A stretch of 64,000 nucleotides of DNA, taken from NCBI GenBank assembly GCA_951406725.2, contig OX597823.1, positions 21,018,001-21,082,000 on the forward strand. Reading direction: 5' to 3'. The stretch is from Octopus vulgaris. Taxonomy: Eukaryota. The first letter of the stretch is position 1; every line of letters begins with the position of its first letter. Both the position numbers and the translations under genes were made by a program. Under the pieces are notes generated by a model. That model worked only from the letters and a program-made list of their open reading frames with translations, did not search any database and was not told the origin of the DNA. Positions 38,301 to 52,624 of the stretch are shown in pieces.

Positions 38301-38369
38301 CTCTCTCTCTCTCGCGCTCTCTCTCTCTCTACATATATATATATATGCGTATATGTATGCATATATATG

Positions 38370-38440
<71 letters not shown>

Positions 38441-38509
38441 GAGTGTGTTTGTGTGAGTATATATATATATATATGTGTGGTTGTGTGTGTATGACTTTTG
38501 CATTATCTG

Positions 38510-38825
38510 TAGTTTCACAGGGACAAAGTTTGAAATCTTTGGGAAGAGAATTGTTAATCCCACCGACTGCAGTGCTCATCTGATACTTATCGACTCGAAA
38601 TGATGAAAGGCAAAGTTAGAGGGATTTGAACTCAGAACATAAATGCATAAGACATGCAGCAGGCCATTCTGTCCGCCGCACTAAGAATCTGCCAGAGTTG
38701 CAAGACCTGATATGTCAAGAGGGCAGGTTAGTCGATTAAATCGATCGTAGTACTTTAATAGTACGTTAATTTATCCAAACTGAAAGAATGAAAAACAAAG
38801 TTAGATTTGACGGAGTTTGAACTCT
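38510..38825 (-). mobile_element. Two degenerate family C (Meta-like) SINE pieces
   Basis: GATGAAAGGCAAAGT..ATTTGAACTCAGAAC motifs. Confidence 0.55.
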
Positions 38826-41800
38826 CATCTCGTATACCTTAGCTTATATTGTTCCACGATTTAAGGGGGAAAAATATGAAACTGGGTGTGGCTTACATTG
38901 AAATTGACTGAGATAAAAATTAAGGTATATGTCTATGTTGTATCTGTAACGGCCCTTCAGATGCATGTTGATAACGGGTTCGTTTATTCAGGGCATCGTC
39001 ATTACCTACACCAATCCTTTGCTACCTCCGATTTCAATGTAACCTGAAAACTTTGCTTGGGGCTTGGCTCCCAAGGAAAGTAGCTGACTTGAATTTTTCA
39101 GTTTTGTCCACTACACAGACTCATTTGACTTAACAATCGAACAGAACAACTGCCAGGCCTTCTTGATAGAAGGAAGGGGCTGAGGTGACTTCATGATGAT
39201 TTCGAACGGCAAATAAATCTGTCTCATATACAACACAAGCTATTCGACAAAAATGTTCATGTTAGTAATGCGCAAACGAAAGAGTGCACAGGAAGCTTTC
39301 ATCTATTGGGATGCATCTCGGACAGGTAAAGATTATTTCCAGCAAACAGTACCTACATTAGCATTACTAAGCTAGGAATTGCTTTTAGTAATCCGTAGAT
39401 ACTGAGCAAAGCGGACCAAACTACTGATTCTCATCAACAACCAGTATTTTCTCTAGAATATATCGTTGTCCTCATTCACCACTGATCATCTATAAACTGC
39501 TAAAATGAAAGTTTCACTGGGCGCATTAACCGACCATTTACAGTATTTGATGTCTGAACACATTCCAGATGCCAGGAGTCCAATCTGGTTCTTAATTTTA
39601 TTCAGGACCGCTTTTCCTTCAATGAGACCTGCTGTAAAAAAAAAGGTGTCCGAAAAGGGGAACAAAACATGTTCGGTATATACGAATCTCTGTATATAGC
39701 ATACCTTCCACGCATTTTTGCGCAACATCAACTAAGCCATAACACACCTTCCATGCAAATCGTTTAAGAGCAATGAGCATGAAATCCACAGAGCGCAAAA
39801 GAGCCGACGTTCTAATATGGTCAGATGAAAAATGAAAGGGAGATTAGGCGCTTAAATATAACTAAACAATAGACGCATCAACACTTCTGTCTCACCTTTC
39901 AAGGATAGTATCCTCAGAGCCCATTTCTCAGAGTAAGTAGTGACCCTAAACAAAATCGTTTTCCATCGAGTTGTTTCAGGCTGAGAAAGATCCCAAGTAT
40001 TTCTAAAAAGTTTTCGTTTCAGCGCTTCCTTCACGATTCTTTCTAAAATATACACGTATCCCTGCAAATACACTGACCTGTCTAGGTTAATCTGTGTTCC
40101 TATCATACTACGTATTTCTTTCGAATAGTGTCGGCAACCCCACTCCATGGTGCTCGACTCCATTACGTAATAGTCTGTCTATTCTCAGTACCAAACCAGA
40201 CTTCAGATGTTGGATCACGTCAGCGATAACTAATCATTCCTGTCTTTTTGAAGCAAAAGCTTTGTAAGCAGAATAAATGAGCTTCTCTTATGGTGTCACT
40301 GGGCAATATTTTGGATGAATTAGTAATGCTGGTTTTTCTACTAGAAAGAAATTGCTGAATTATTTTTGCCTCCATTGCAAAAGAGCTGGCCTTTACGAGA
40401 CTTGCTGATGGAAGTGTCGTTGGTGGTTCTGGAGAACACATTGAACGAGAGAGTGGCAGTCAAGGTAGTTATGAAAGAAGCGAAAATGTTTTAGTGGTGG
40501 TAGTGTTTGCGAAGGAGGAGAGAATGGGAATTAGGAGGAGGAGCATAATACTGATCGACATAATGGTAGGTGAGAGTAAACGTTTGGGGTGTCAGTTGTT
40601 GCATTGGTGACATTGTTTGCTGCTGGTTTTGCAAGTTTATGATGGTGATGATAATCGTGGTGTTTATTTCGTTGCTATTTTTAGGAATTTTTCTCCCTCA
40701 CCACAGCCGGTGTTCTTCGTTGTCCTTGCCAATGTTTTTACAGCCCAGTCTCCCCCGAGATAGAGCTGGGAAGCGTTTTTTTTTCCTTTAAAAATAACGA
40801 AATCTAAATTATTGTTGTCTGTCTAAATATTTTTTGTGCTTGGTGTTCTTGCAGTTGTTTTACTTGGCACGTTGTCTTTGTTATTGTTGCTGTTATTGAT
40901 GGCAGTAGTAGAGATGTCACTGATGATGAAGATGGTATTGATATGGCGTTGGTGATGGTGAGAATTTCGTTATTATTCTTAGCGGAATGATGTTGCTGTT
41001 ACATTTCTCGCTAAAACAAACCGGTTAGAACTTCTTTATTGCTTTCAAAGTTGCTGCTACCAAGAGTATCATGGTTACTCTTTACCGTTTCTTCATCTTC
41101 AAAGTAGAAATCTCTTGAAATTTAGGTAAGTTATTTGTCTGTCGGGTGCAAACAACGGTGGACGTTGCCATTTCTGCTACAGTTAATGGAAAATCTGGCA
41201 ATTTATGTCACTTTCCATTTCCTAAGAATCTCTTGGATGATGTTAAAAATAACTTTACTCAGTCATCTAGAAAATGAGTTTCGACCAGAACAATCTTGAC
41301 TGCATTGGAATGTATACTCTTTTCGTTTTTCGTAGAAGCGAAACCTCAGGCTAATAGCGATATGGTAGATAACAAGGAACACCAAAATGGTTTCTAGAAG
41401 TGCTACGGCTATTTATACAGATCACGAATTGCGGTTGACAAACCTACAGAGATGCATAGGCGACAACGACGGTAAAAAGCTACATGTCCTTCTACAACGT
41501 GTCTATTTGACCAAGCTGCAGTCCTGAAATATGCGCTCGCCGACGTTAGGTTTTTAGCATCATTTGTATCACCAGTCTCTCTCTGAAAGCTTTCAGCATT
41601 TCTCTGTGATCAGTGAAAAGTCATTTTTGGCATTCTATAGTATGTTAGAGAAATAATCGAACAACTAAAGCCAGGGAGAGGTACTCAGAACAGTCTGAGT
41701 AGTCACTTCTAGAAGTACGTTCAAATAGGAGATTATGAATAATTTTCAAAATCCTTGGCCTGATATTGCAGCTGAGGAATTGTAACTGCTCAGGGTAAAC

Positions 41801-42194
41801 TATAAAATAAACAAAAAAACAGGCACTATAGTGTCATCAAAGTCGAATCTGTCTGAAATACAGACAGAGCGATAAACCCTACGGTTTCAATGTTCATGAG
41901 TTGTTTGTTTATGGTTTTATGTTGAACCGCTGCTATTTGTAAGGGCTGAACTGTCGCTTTCTGCTAACCCTATAACAACCATCAAACCTCTACCTTTCTT
42001 TCGAAAATGAATGAATTGTCGTTCTCCTTCTTGTTGCTACGGTGATGTAAGTTGCATTGTGGATGCAGTTGAACGGTTTAAGGACAAAGTTTGCATCTTC
42101 AATATCTTTAGGTAACACACTTTCTCTCTCAAAAGTAAATTCAAGAAATGAGGCTGTCTTGTAAATTTTACGAAAGATAGGTTAGAATATTTAT

Positions 42195-42475
42195 TTCTTT
42201 ATTACAAGGGACAAACAAGAACAGAGAAAGGGATTAAGTCGATTTCATCGACCCCAGTACCCAACTGGTACTTATTTAATCGAACCTGAAAGGATGGAAG
42301 GCAAAGTCGACCTAGGCTGAATTTGAATTCAGAACGTAACTGCAGATGAAATACTGCTAAGCATTAGAATATTCTTTTCTACTTTAGGCACAAGGCCCGA
42401 AATTTTGGGGGATGGGGCCACTCAATCAAATCAACCCTAGTACGCAACTAGTACTTAATTTATCGACCCTGATAG
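42195..42475 (-). mobile_element. Family C SINE fragments (two)
   Basis: GGATTAAGTCGAT..CGACCCCAGT..ACTGGTACTTA..GGCAAAGTCGACC. Confidence 0.7.
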
Positions 42476-42849
42476 GTTAGAATATTGAAACTGGTGTGGT
42501 TAAATGAGACTCCATTAACCGCGTGGTTGTAGGTTGGTGGCAAGGTACGAGAGAAGAAACTTAAAACCGCAAGCTAATCCGGGGATATAGGTGTTCTACT
42601 TTGGATCATTCGAAGTTACATGCTCCAGTTTACAAATCCTTTCTACGATTTCTTACTCCCTAAATCTCTAGTGCTGTTTATTATTACTTATTGATATCTT
42701 TTTATATAAATTGTTGATTTTACACATTCGCTCCAAGTAAATCTACTGTTTTTAATGTGTTTTTTTTTTACTTATGTGTTTCATATGTACTGTTGCTAAC
42801 GTCTTGTGCATTTCAGACCAATAGAAAAGCAAAAGTTATTATTCTGATT

Positions 42850-42978
42850 ATGTTGTTGTTGTTGTTTTTGTTGCTGTTGTTTTTGTTGTTGCTGTTGTTG
42901 TTGTTGCTTTTGTTGTTGTTGTTTTTCTTGTTGTTGCTGTTGTTGTTGTCATCATCATCAACCTCATCATCATCAACC

Positions 42979-43025
<47 letters not shown>

Positions 43026-43264
43026 TTCGTCATCATCATCATTATTGTTGTTATTGTTGCTGTTTTTGTTGATGATGTTTGTTGTTGGTGATGTTTTTTG
43101 TTGCTGTTTGGTGCTGTTGTTGCTATTATTATTATTATCTTTATTATCATTATTACTTTTATTATCATTATTATTATCACCACCATCATCATCATCAGTA
43201 TTGTAGTTGTTATTGTTGATGATCTTGTTTGTTGCTTCTTGTTGGTATTATTATTGACAATATT

Positions 43265-43344
<80 letters not shown>

Positions 43345-44340
43345 CATTATCTTTACTTACTTTCTTGTTTATTATTTATGCATTTTTGCTGTCAAGAATC
43401 TGTCCGCCTCTTCAGTTTGAGTAGTCGCATGTGTTTCTTGTTTTTCGTTTTTTTTTTGTTTTTTTTTTGTTTTTCAATTTTTATATTTCTTGAACTATTA
43501 TATTTTTATTTATATTTTATTTTTGTCGCATTTATTTATTTATTTATTTTTCGCTTTCCCCCATCAAGTACAACTATTAATCAAACCAACCAAAGCTTGT
43601 CAATAAATCTCAGAAAGACATGATTACTATTATCGTTACCACCACCACCACCACTACCACCACCCCTACCACCACTACCACCACCAAACCACCATCACTA
43701 TCACCATCACAATCAACATCACAATCACCAGCACCACCGCCAACACCACCAAAACTACGATTAACACCACTATGGCTACCACGACTGCCGCCATGACCAC
43801 CGTTAGCCGCATTAGTAGCTCCACCTCCAAGACAACTACCACTGTCACCACTACTACCATCACCAACATCACCACTACCACCACCACTATCATCGCTGCC
43901 ACCTTCACCAAAACACCACTATCATCATCATTAACATCACCACTACCGCTACTTCCACCACGAAACCACCACCGATACCACCACCACATCACCACTATCA
44001 CCGCCACCACCAGCACCAGCACCACCACCACCACCACCACCACCGCCACCGCCGACACTATCACCACCATCACCACTACCACACCATCATCATCACTTGC
44101 TACTATCACCAACACACCACTATGATGATGATGATGATGATGACCGTCATCATCATCATCCTCACCATCATTATCCTTACCAATATCACCATACTACCAA
44201 CCCCCATCAGTAGTACGAACAGCAGTAACTTCAATACCATTTGTCATCGCCAATATCGTTATCACTATTATTTCTAGCATTTGTATTCTTGTCGTTGTTA
44301 CAGTTGTTGCTGCTGCTGTTGTTGTTGTTGTTGTTGCTGT
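42850..44340. repeat. Trinucleotide low-complexity block (TTG/ATC/ATT/ACC)n
   Basis: Direct reading. Overlapping ORFs are poly-L/S/T/V artefacts. Confidence 0.9.
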
Positions 44341-45044
44341 TGGCGACGTCATTAATAATCTAACATCTTCCAAAAAAAAAAAAGACGTCACACCATAGCT
44401 TAAGAGTGTTTTCCTACCGTTTCTATAAACACTCAGCTAATATGTCGACTGTTTAAATATTCATCAGTGTTTATCGTTCTGCTCCACTCTAACCACGCTT
44501 TGTATAATAAACGCTGTTTTTCCATAAATTTAAATGTAAGAAAAAGAAATAAAAAAAAAAGAACGACCGATCCTCCGTCGACGTCGACGACGATGTGTTT
44601 TGTTATTATTTGACCGACAAAACTATTCATTGTACTTGAATTATATGTGTAAGCGGTTTAGTGTTGCTCAGATAATTATTCTATTAACGTAATTACGTAA
44701 TTATCGAGTATAATTAATAGGATTCCTTGTGCCAAGGCAGGACATCTACACAGCAAGGACAATCCATCCGACACTATTTAACCCCACCCAATCCCACTAA
44801 AATATGCAAGGCTAGATATGAGATTATACTAGAAGGTCATTTAGATGCTTTGTAGCACATTTATTGCTTCCAGGAATATTTAACCATCGGCAATAGAGAG
44901 CATTAAGGGAATTTAAGAAATACGAAAGCATGATGCAGAATGTTTGATTCAAAGGCGCTCAAAACGGGATCAATTATAACACCAAGGCTTGCTCTAGGTT
45001 TCATGCCATATGTAAGATGATCTGTCTGTCTATCTATCTATCGG

Positions 45045-45081
<37 letters not shown>

Positions 45082-45457
45082 ACACAAACACACACACACA
45101 AATAACTACTACCTATTGCCAATCCTTCACAAGAGTAAAAAAGAGAGACAGACAGAAAAAATGGAAAATGTCCTTTGCATTTGAAAACTATAGGAAATAT
45201 TTTTTTAAAAAGCATTTCATTTAATTTTTCCACAATTTTATTGTTTTTCATGGTTTACTCTGAGTTGAAAACGTAGCAAAACTGAAACCGGTACTAAAAT
45301 GTACTTCTTGATAAAATTATTTTAGCATTTTCTACCATGTTTTATTTTACTTGGCTAGACTGGGCTATGATGCCTCGCATATGACTAAAAGACTTCACTA
45401 CGTCGTGCTATTAAATTAGACATGGCCTGGGCCTATACTGGCCGAAGCCTATCAAAG

Positions 45458-45502
<45 letters not shown>

Positions 45503-45508
<6 letters not shown>

Positions 45509-45704
45509 ATCCAAACAAGATAACAAAAAAAGCAGCAACGCAAGGACGTGGAACAAATAAAGTATTATTGGACGCTCAGGAAAGATGGGAAGAAGGAGGG
45601 TTTAACGTTTCGAGCGGAGCTCTTCGTCGGAAACATAGGAGAAGGAAAGATCCCGAGAAGGGAAGAGTGAGGAAAAAAATCGCCGGTGGTACTCATGAGG
45701 TCAC

Positions 45705-45705
<1 letters not shown>
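45503..45705 (-). mobile_element. Non-autonomous Penelope-type HHR element between microsatellites
   Basis: Colinear with 61135-61308; contains an HHR motif. Confidence 0.7.
45600..45634 (-). ncRNA. Minimal hammerhead motif with CCGACGA core variant
   Basis: GTTT CCGACGA A GAGC TCC GCTC GAAA CG TT AAAC. Stems I and II are fully paired. Confidence 0.7.
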
Positions 45706-45746
<41 letters not shown>

Positions 45747-45782
45747 TGTGCGTGTGTGTGCGTGTGTGTGTATATATACGAA

Positions 45783-45827
<45 letters not shown>

Positions 45828-45988
45828 TGTATGTATGTATTATGTATAATAACGACGGTTGTTATACGCAATATAAAACCAAAAAGGAAAAATTCAATTG
45901 TCACTAATTTTGACTGAGGGTGCTACATTGCTAGAGATAGGAGTTAAAACCCTTAGAGGTGCAAGTAAGCACATTTTCATATACTGAT

Positions 45989-46048
<60 letters not shown>

Positions 46049-46104
46049 ATAGAGAGAGAGATAGAGGGGTAGATAGATAGATAGATAGATATATATACTT
46101 TTAT

Positions 46105-46160
<56 letters not shown>

Positions 46161-46312
46161 ATATATAAAAATAAATAAAATATAGAGATATAATATAGAC
46201 AATCTAATAATTTATTTATATTAAAATATTTCATTAAATACTATGAATATAATATAACACAATATTACGTATTATATAACATATAATTATAAAAACCATA
46301 AGAGGCCAATAA

Positions 46313-46583
46313 ACATCAGTTTTAAAATGTCGAGCAATCTTCAGCCACATACAGAATTTTTGAATTAAATGGACAATGTACATTTTTATACTTATTAAAA
46401 AATCTACAGATGGAGAAGGACATTCTAATACCATGTTCTTAATGATGAAATTAACCTCTGTGTCTATATATCTACCCTCTTTGTAATGTTGGCAAATGAA
46501 ATAAGTAAAAAAATGCTCATTGTTCATTTAATTAAAAATTTCTATATGTGGCTGAAGATTGCTCGGCATTTTAAAACTGATGT
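46313..46583. repeat. ~75-bp inverted arms around a 120-bp spacer
   Basis: ACATCAGTTTTAAAATGTCGAGCAATCTTCAGCCACATA.. is inverted to ..TATGTGGCTGAAGATTGCTCGGCATTTTAAAACTGATGT. Confidence 0.75.
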
Positions 46584-46588
46584 AATAC

Positions 46589-47090
46589 TTAATCCCTTTG
46601 TCTGTCCTTGTTGGTCTCCTCTCTGTTTAGCCCCTTGTGGGCAATAAATAAATAAGAAACAGCACGCCGATAGAAATGCTTAGCGGTATTTCGTCTGCCT
46701 CTACGTTCTGAGTTCAAATTCCGCCGAGGTCGACTTTGCCTTTCATTCTTTCGGGGTCGATTAATTAAGTACCAGTTACGCACTGGCGTCGATGTAATCG
46801 ATTTAATCTGTTTTCTGTCCTTGTTTGACCCCTCTGTGTTTAGCGGCAGACGAAATACCTTTTTCTTTACTACACACAAGGGGCTAAACACAGAAGGGAC
46901 AAACAAGGACAGACAAACGGATTAAGTCGATTATATCGACCCCAGTGCGTAACTGGTACTTATTTAATCGACTCCGAAAGAATGGAAAGCAAAGTCGACC
47001 TCGGCGGAATTTGAACTCAGAACGTAACGGCAGACGAAATACCGCTAAGCATTTCGCCCGGCGTGCTAACGTTTCTGCCAGCTCACTGTC
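46589..47090. mobile_element. Cluster of family C SINEs (plus 46589-46660 and 46661-46845; minus 46864-47090)
   Basis: Meta-like core present in both orientations. Confidence 0.8.
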
Positions 47091-47554
47091 TTAGAATGTA
47101 TTTGAAATCATGGCTGGAACGCAGATCAAACAATGCAATGTCTATACGGAAAGTACAGCAGATTCTATTGAAGGGGTGTATATTTCGCAGATGATATTAT
47201 GAAGACAAGCAGTCGCAATCATTTTTCTTTCAAAGTAAAGCATTAGTCGTTGATACGATAATTAAATTATTATAAAGAGATTACATTTCGTCATTAGATA
47301 GCATAAATTTCATTATAGACAAAAACCACATGTGCCAAAGAAAGCCATAATCTGGGGAAGGGTAACATTTACTTTCATGTGTGAAGACAAGATTGAATCA
47401 AGTTTAATGTAATTGTATTACATTATAGAATCTGTTATTAAAAATCCGGAAAAATATATTGAAGAAATAAAAATCTAAACTAATGTTTTAAATGATGCAT
47501 CGATATATATATGTTTGTATATTAGTAGTATCAGTATTATTAAATGCTCAAAGA

Positions 47555-47770
47555 TGGCGGTAAGCTGGCAGAATCGCTAGCCGGCTGGACGAAATTCTAA
47601 GCGGTATTTCGTCCGTCTTTACATTCTGAGTTCAAATGCCGCCAAGGTCGACTTTACCTTTCATCCTTTCGGGGTCGATAAAATAAGTACCGGTTGAGCA
47701 GTGCGGTCGATGGAATCAGCTTGCACCCTACTCAGGAATTACTGGCTTTGTGCTAAAATTTGAGATTAAT
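47555..47770 (+). mobile_element. Family C SINE
   Basis: GGCGGTAAGCTGGCAGAATCG head and CCTTTCATCCTTTCGGGGTCGATAAAATAAGTACC core. Confidence 0.8.
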
Positions 47771-48082
47771 ACCATTAAATGCTGAGCGGTATCCTTTCAA
47801 GTTCTTTATCGAACTTTCGTATTCGATATAATAAGTACTAGTCGAATACCGGGATCGGGGTCATTGGCTTAGTCTTGCCTTAAAATTACTGGCCTTGTGT
47901 CAAAAATAGAAAGAACTTTATATTCTTGTTGAAATTGCCCTTGTTATTGTCCATTAGTGTGACCGAACATGGTTTCCAAGTTCCGTGAGTTTGTATCTCG
48001 TTTCTCTTTCTATCGAGTTACATTGTTGATTTTATTGTTTTATCCAATTTATTAATGTGCGAATTATATATGCTCACACATT

Positions 48083-48141
<59 letters not shown>

Positions 48142-48846
48142 GCAACTACTTTTTAAACTACTTTTTAACGAACTTTTTAAAGAAATTCTATCGACCGGCT
48201 TTCCCCGATTTCAGTTCTTCGTGTTTTTTTTCTGTAGCGAGTAAATAATATGTGGAAATTGACGACTTAAAAGTCTGTTATCAGCGTATTGGCATTGAAA
48301 TAATTTTCTTTAGCCCTTATTTATAAGTTATATATATACATATATATACCAGATGCATGAGTGCGGAGCTGTGGGTTTCGGATGGCTATGCGTGTCCTAG
48401 TGTGGGTGACAGCTAATGGTATCAGCTCGTTAGTGCACATACATCTATATATCAACATGCGCGTGTATATAGATGAATGTCTCAGTTGTATCTATCAACT
48501 GCATGGATGCTATTGATTCTATGGGTTGGTGCTCGAGCGTGCGTTTGTGTGTGCGCGACAGCAGCGTATCTCAACTGCGTGCATCTTATTGCTTGTGTGT
48601 AGTTGCGTGTGTATGTTTGTACACGAGTAATAAACAATAATCATTTTTTTTTTACTGATAGTCAGGATTGCTTCCCCTTCTGCAGTGTAGAATAACTTCT
48701 TACTTCATAAACTTAGTGGTTGATCTCACCTTAACCAAATATGAAACCGGTGTGAAACATGATTCTCCATCGAAAGGACGATAACTTATGGTTTAATTGT
48801 TGGTTGACACATTGAGTAATTTTCTTTCTGTGAAGAGCTACGCTCG

Positions 48847-49215
48847 TTTACTCTTTTGCTTGTTTCAGTCATTTGACTGGAGCACCACCTTTAGTCGACT
48901 CCGGGACGTATTCTTTGTAAGCCGAGTACTTATTCTATCGGTCTCTTTTGCCGAACCACTAAGTTACGGGGACGTAAACACAACAGCATCGGTTGTCAAG
49001 CGATGTTAGGGGGACAAAGACAGACACACAAACACACACACACGTATAAGTATACATATATACTACGGGTTTCTTTCAGTACCAAACTCACTCACAAGGC
49101 TTTGGTCGGCCCGAGACTATAGTAGAAGACACTTGGCCAGTGTGCCACGCAGTGGGACTGAACCCGGAAACATGTGGTTGGTAAGCAAGCTACTTACCAC
49201 ACAGCCACTTCAGCG
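48847..49215 (-). mobile_element. SINE family B
   Basis: Colinear with 7407-7816, with small deletions. Confidence 0.85.
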
Positions 49216-49899
49216 ACTATCTGTATTTTCTGAGAATGTTACCAACTAGTTGTTTATTCCAGGCTTAGTTAGAGTGTTAGAAAGCTATCAGGTGAGTGTG
49301 AACTTTCCAATAATTTCAAATTTTCCAAGTGATTTTATTTCTTTTCTTTATATGAGGAAATTCATTTAGGGAAAATTATATAAGATATCACACCAGTGTT
49401 ATGGAAAGACTATAATTACAACAGAAAATGAACTAAAATAACTGTATATGTGTTAACTGGCAAGATGATCCTCAAAAATACTCAAATTTATATTAAAAAT
49501 ATTTTATATCAAATTTTAAGATGATGTATTATAATACATGTTGAGCCAAAAGTCAGAGACAAAAACATTTGTCATTTTATTTATATTACGTTATTATTAT
49601 TGTTGTTGTTACTATTATCATTAACATTATATGTTTGGCTTTCGCTTTGTATTTGTACAAGTTGTCTCCAAGTCTTATCAAGAGACAACAAGTAAGAAGT
49701 TCAAGTTGGTGTTATGAGAAGGGTGCCATTTATTTTGTTCTTGAGAATGTCTGTCAAAACATCAGTAAATTAGACGTTTGTTCCAAAAGTAATTTGATTT
49801 ATAAGATGCTAATATGATCTTAAGATGGAATAAAAATGTGTTTGTTGTTATATACTTTTAAAAGCCCTTGTGACAATATGCACAGATTAAGATGTTTTG

Positions 49900-50592
49900 A
49901 GAATCACATAAACAATATTTTTCGTAAAATATGAGCAGTTCCTATGAGATGTTTTTTTTTAAATTTCTTCCATTTTAAAATTTTCTGGTATCTGAGACAA
50001 GTAACAATCAGCCTCTTTTGGCTCAGTTTTTGGTAGGAGTTGACAGATACATTTATGTCGATTGGGACAGTCATATCGATGAGGAGGTATAGTTTTTGCC
50101 TGAAATCATTCAACATAATGTCTGGCCTATTCCGCCGAGGTTGACTTTGCCTTTAATCCTTCGGGGTCGATAAATAAAGTACCAGTTGCGTACTGGGGTC
50201 GATCTAATCGACTGGCCCCCTCCGCCACAAAAATTTCGGACCTTGTGACTAGTCTAGAAAAGAATATAAGGTCTGGCTTATTTACACTTATCCATCTGTC
50301 AGTTTGAACAGTAAAGTTCCAAAAGATTGAGATGTGATCCTTTTCAAGCACTGGAAGTGGTTTGTGTTCCCAACGGTTTTTATCATATGACTAGTCCAGG
50401 TCTTGGTAAATTTACCCGGTGATTTTACAGTGCTGTTCTATCATGCCTGTTGAGATAATCTGTAGGCGCAACAAGGCTGCATATGAAGACAGCATGATCA
50501 GCATGGTTTCAGCCATTTGTTTACATACACGACATTCTGAGTTACTGCCGTTCTTTAAGATGTTGGCCTGGTAGATTCTTGTAGATAGGCAT
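49900..50592 (-). pseudogene. Degenerate Dong/R4-type 3' fragment with a family C SINE inserted at ~50128-50275 (+)
   Basis: SECRVCKQMAET, IFWNFTVQTDR..NKPD, LIDMTVPID, LIGTAHILRKIL. Confidence 0.7.
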
Positions 50593-51250
50593 TTTTATCA
50601 TCATTATTATTAATGAGTGAGAGAGTAGCGAATGCCATCAAGATAACACTGGGGTAAAATATACGAAGCCCAGTATACCCTCCATGACTACCCGACTGAT
50701 AAGGTTACACCAAGCACATGCATCACAACGTTTTTTGTAATATTTTCGGCCTTCTAAAGCCCCGTCTTTTCATTTCTGTTGTTAGCATTACATTTCGGAG
50801 ATTGGCTGGGTTGTGTAGATAGTATTTCTGTGTAGAAACACACCCTGCTTTGCAGGGAATGCGCATAAATAATTTTTTAAAATTTAACTGCTTTCGGCAC
50901 AAACAAATATTTCGCAATTTTCTGCATTTTTTTAAAGATAGCTGATGAAGATGCCAGCATAATGTTCGTTAATGGAACGCGTTTCTTGAGAAATTTTAAA
51001 AAACAAGGAAAGCAATGAGAATAACATCGAATGGACTAAACTTCATGACGTCACCAGGGCGAAAAATGTTTCGCATCTAAGCAACCTGAAAACTTTAAGT
51101 ATCGACAAAGAAAACAACAACAGCAACAGCAACAGCAGCAGCAGTGACAGCAGCAATAGTAGCACTGACAGTAGCGGCAGCAGCAACAACAAAAAACAAA
51201 AACAACAACAACAATAACAGCAGCAACAATACGAAAGAAAAAAGCATAAA

Positions 51251-52615
51251 AATGCAAATATCGCACGTTTCTTTTGCGTCAGCGGCGAGGAATATGGAGG
51301 GCTTCAACATAGAGGAAGAACAATTAAAATTTCCTAGAAAAATTGTTAAAAGAGATGGGAGAAGGATAGCTCTAAACCCTCCAACGGATGTGATAGAAAA
51401 TATCGCATGATGCACGGTCACATACCGTTGCATCGGAGTCAAGTCTCGCCGGATGGAAAATGCTCGAGAGAGCGAAGTACATAAATGCCTAGGCGCGTGT
51501 GGGAACAAAGGACCCACATGACCCGAGGAAAGAAGTTTGGAACCATTGAGGTAGGATTTGGGACGGAAGAAGAAGCAAGGTGTAATTCCGCAATCACTTT
51601 GGAGAAGGACAACTTTTTCTTAATCCACAGCTATCGCGGAAAACGTCTTCCAAGATTAGGGTGCTGAATGTGCCGCGAAAAATATCCATTACCTGGTTAG
51701 TTGGCGGCCGTCTTGGCAGGTTTAGAAGAAGACGAAGTCACAATGCTGGAGGTCAAGAAATCACCGAAGCAAAACTGGTTAGGTATAGGAACTGACCTTG
51801 TAATGCAAGCAAGACCATGTAATCGAATTCCCGGATGGCAGTTACCTGTCAGTGTTCGTAGAGGGTAGAGAGCCAATATGCCATAAATGTGGATCTGTAA
51901 AACACTTAAAGGTTTCCTGCCATGAAACAAAGAAAACTGAATCTCACCGTAGCCAGCATTACAAGTACCACAAGTGCCAAATCATAAACAAGTGCTCAAG
52001 ACTCCCGCACATTCTCTCACACCTACGCTCACACCCACTCCCAAAGCAAGACAAAGATGGAGTCTACCTCCGGTTACCATGGTAAAGGAAGTTTCTCCTG
52101 AATGCTCTACCTCCCAAACCAACATCAACTGCTAGTGGAGGCGCAATGACCCAATGGTTAGGGCAACGGACTCGCGGTCGTAGGATCGCGGTTTCAATTC
52201 CCAGACCGGGCGTTGTGTGTTTTTGTTGAGCGAAAACACCTAAAGCTCCACGAGGTTCCGGCAGGGTGTGGTGGCGACCACTGTTGTACTCTTTCGCTCC
52301 AACTTTCTCTCATTCTTTCTTCCTGTTTCTTGTCATACGCAACCGCTGAGCCTGGTTGCACACTCATCCATCCGTCGATGCTCTCGGTGTCGGGGTTTGA
52401 CCTGCTTTCTCTTCTGCGGGTCTTACGAATAGCAAAGGACCACGTTTCGGACTTCTCGCACTGGACGAAGACCGCTACGCTCAACAGCAACAGCAGCAAC
52501 AGCAACATCAACTGCAATTACGTGGAGAAGGAAGAACTGAACGATCAATGGATCACAGTGACAAAAGCGGGTAGGGGAAAGAGGAGAAGAGAACATAACC
52601 CTACTCCAAGAAATC
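51251..52615 (+). pseudogene. Degenerate LINE ORF1/Gag-like protein with CCHC knuckle, interrupted by a family A SINE
   Basis: SFASAA at the N-terminus, RGKKFGTIEVGF, VEGREPICHKCGSVKHLKVSC, QWITVTKAGRGKRRR. Stops and frameshifts. Confidence 0.65.
52135..52503 (+). mobile_element. SINE family A head with tail type 3 ending in (CAA/CAG)n
   Basis: Family A head, a different 3' half and TSD AACATCAACTGC (52121-52132 / 52504-52515). Confidence 0.85.
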
Positions 52616-52624
52616 AGCAAAAAC

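Noticed and set aside
42757-44391. Mucin-like or poly-amino-acid ORFs
   Set aside because: Trinucleotide repeats open in several frames with no non-repetitive coding anchor.
45250-45300. GAAACCGGTA hammerhead-like 3' half
   Set aside because: No intact CTGANGA core; too decayed to call.
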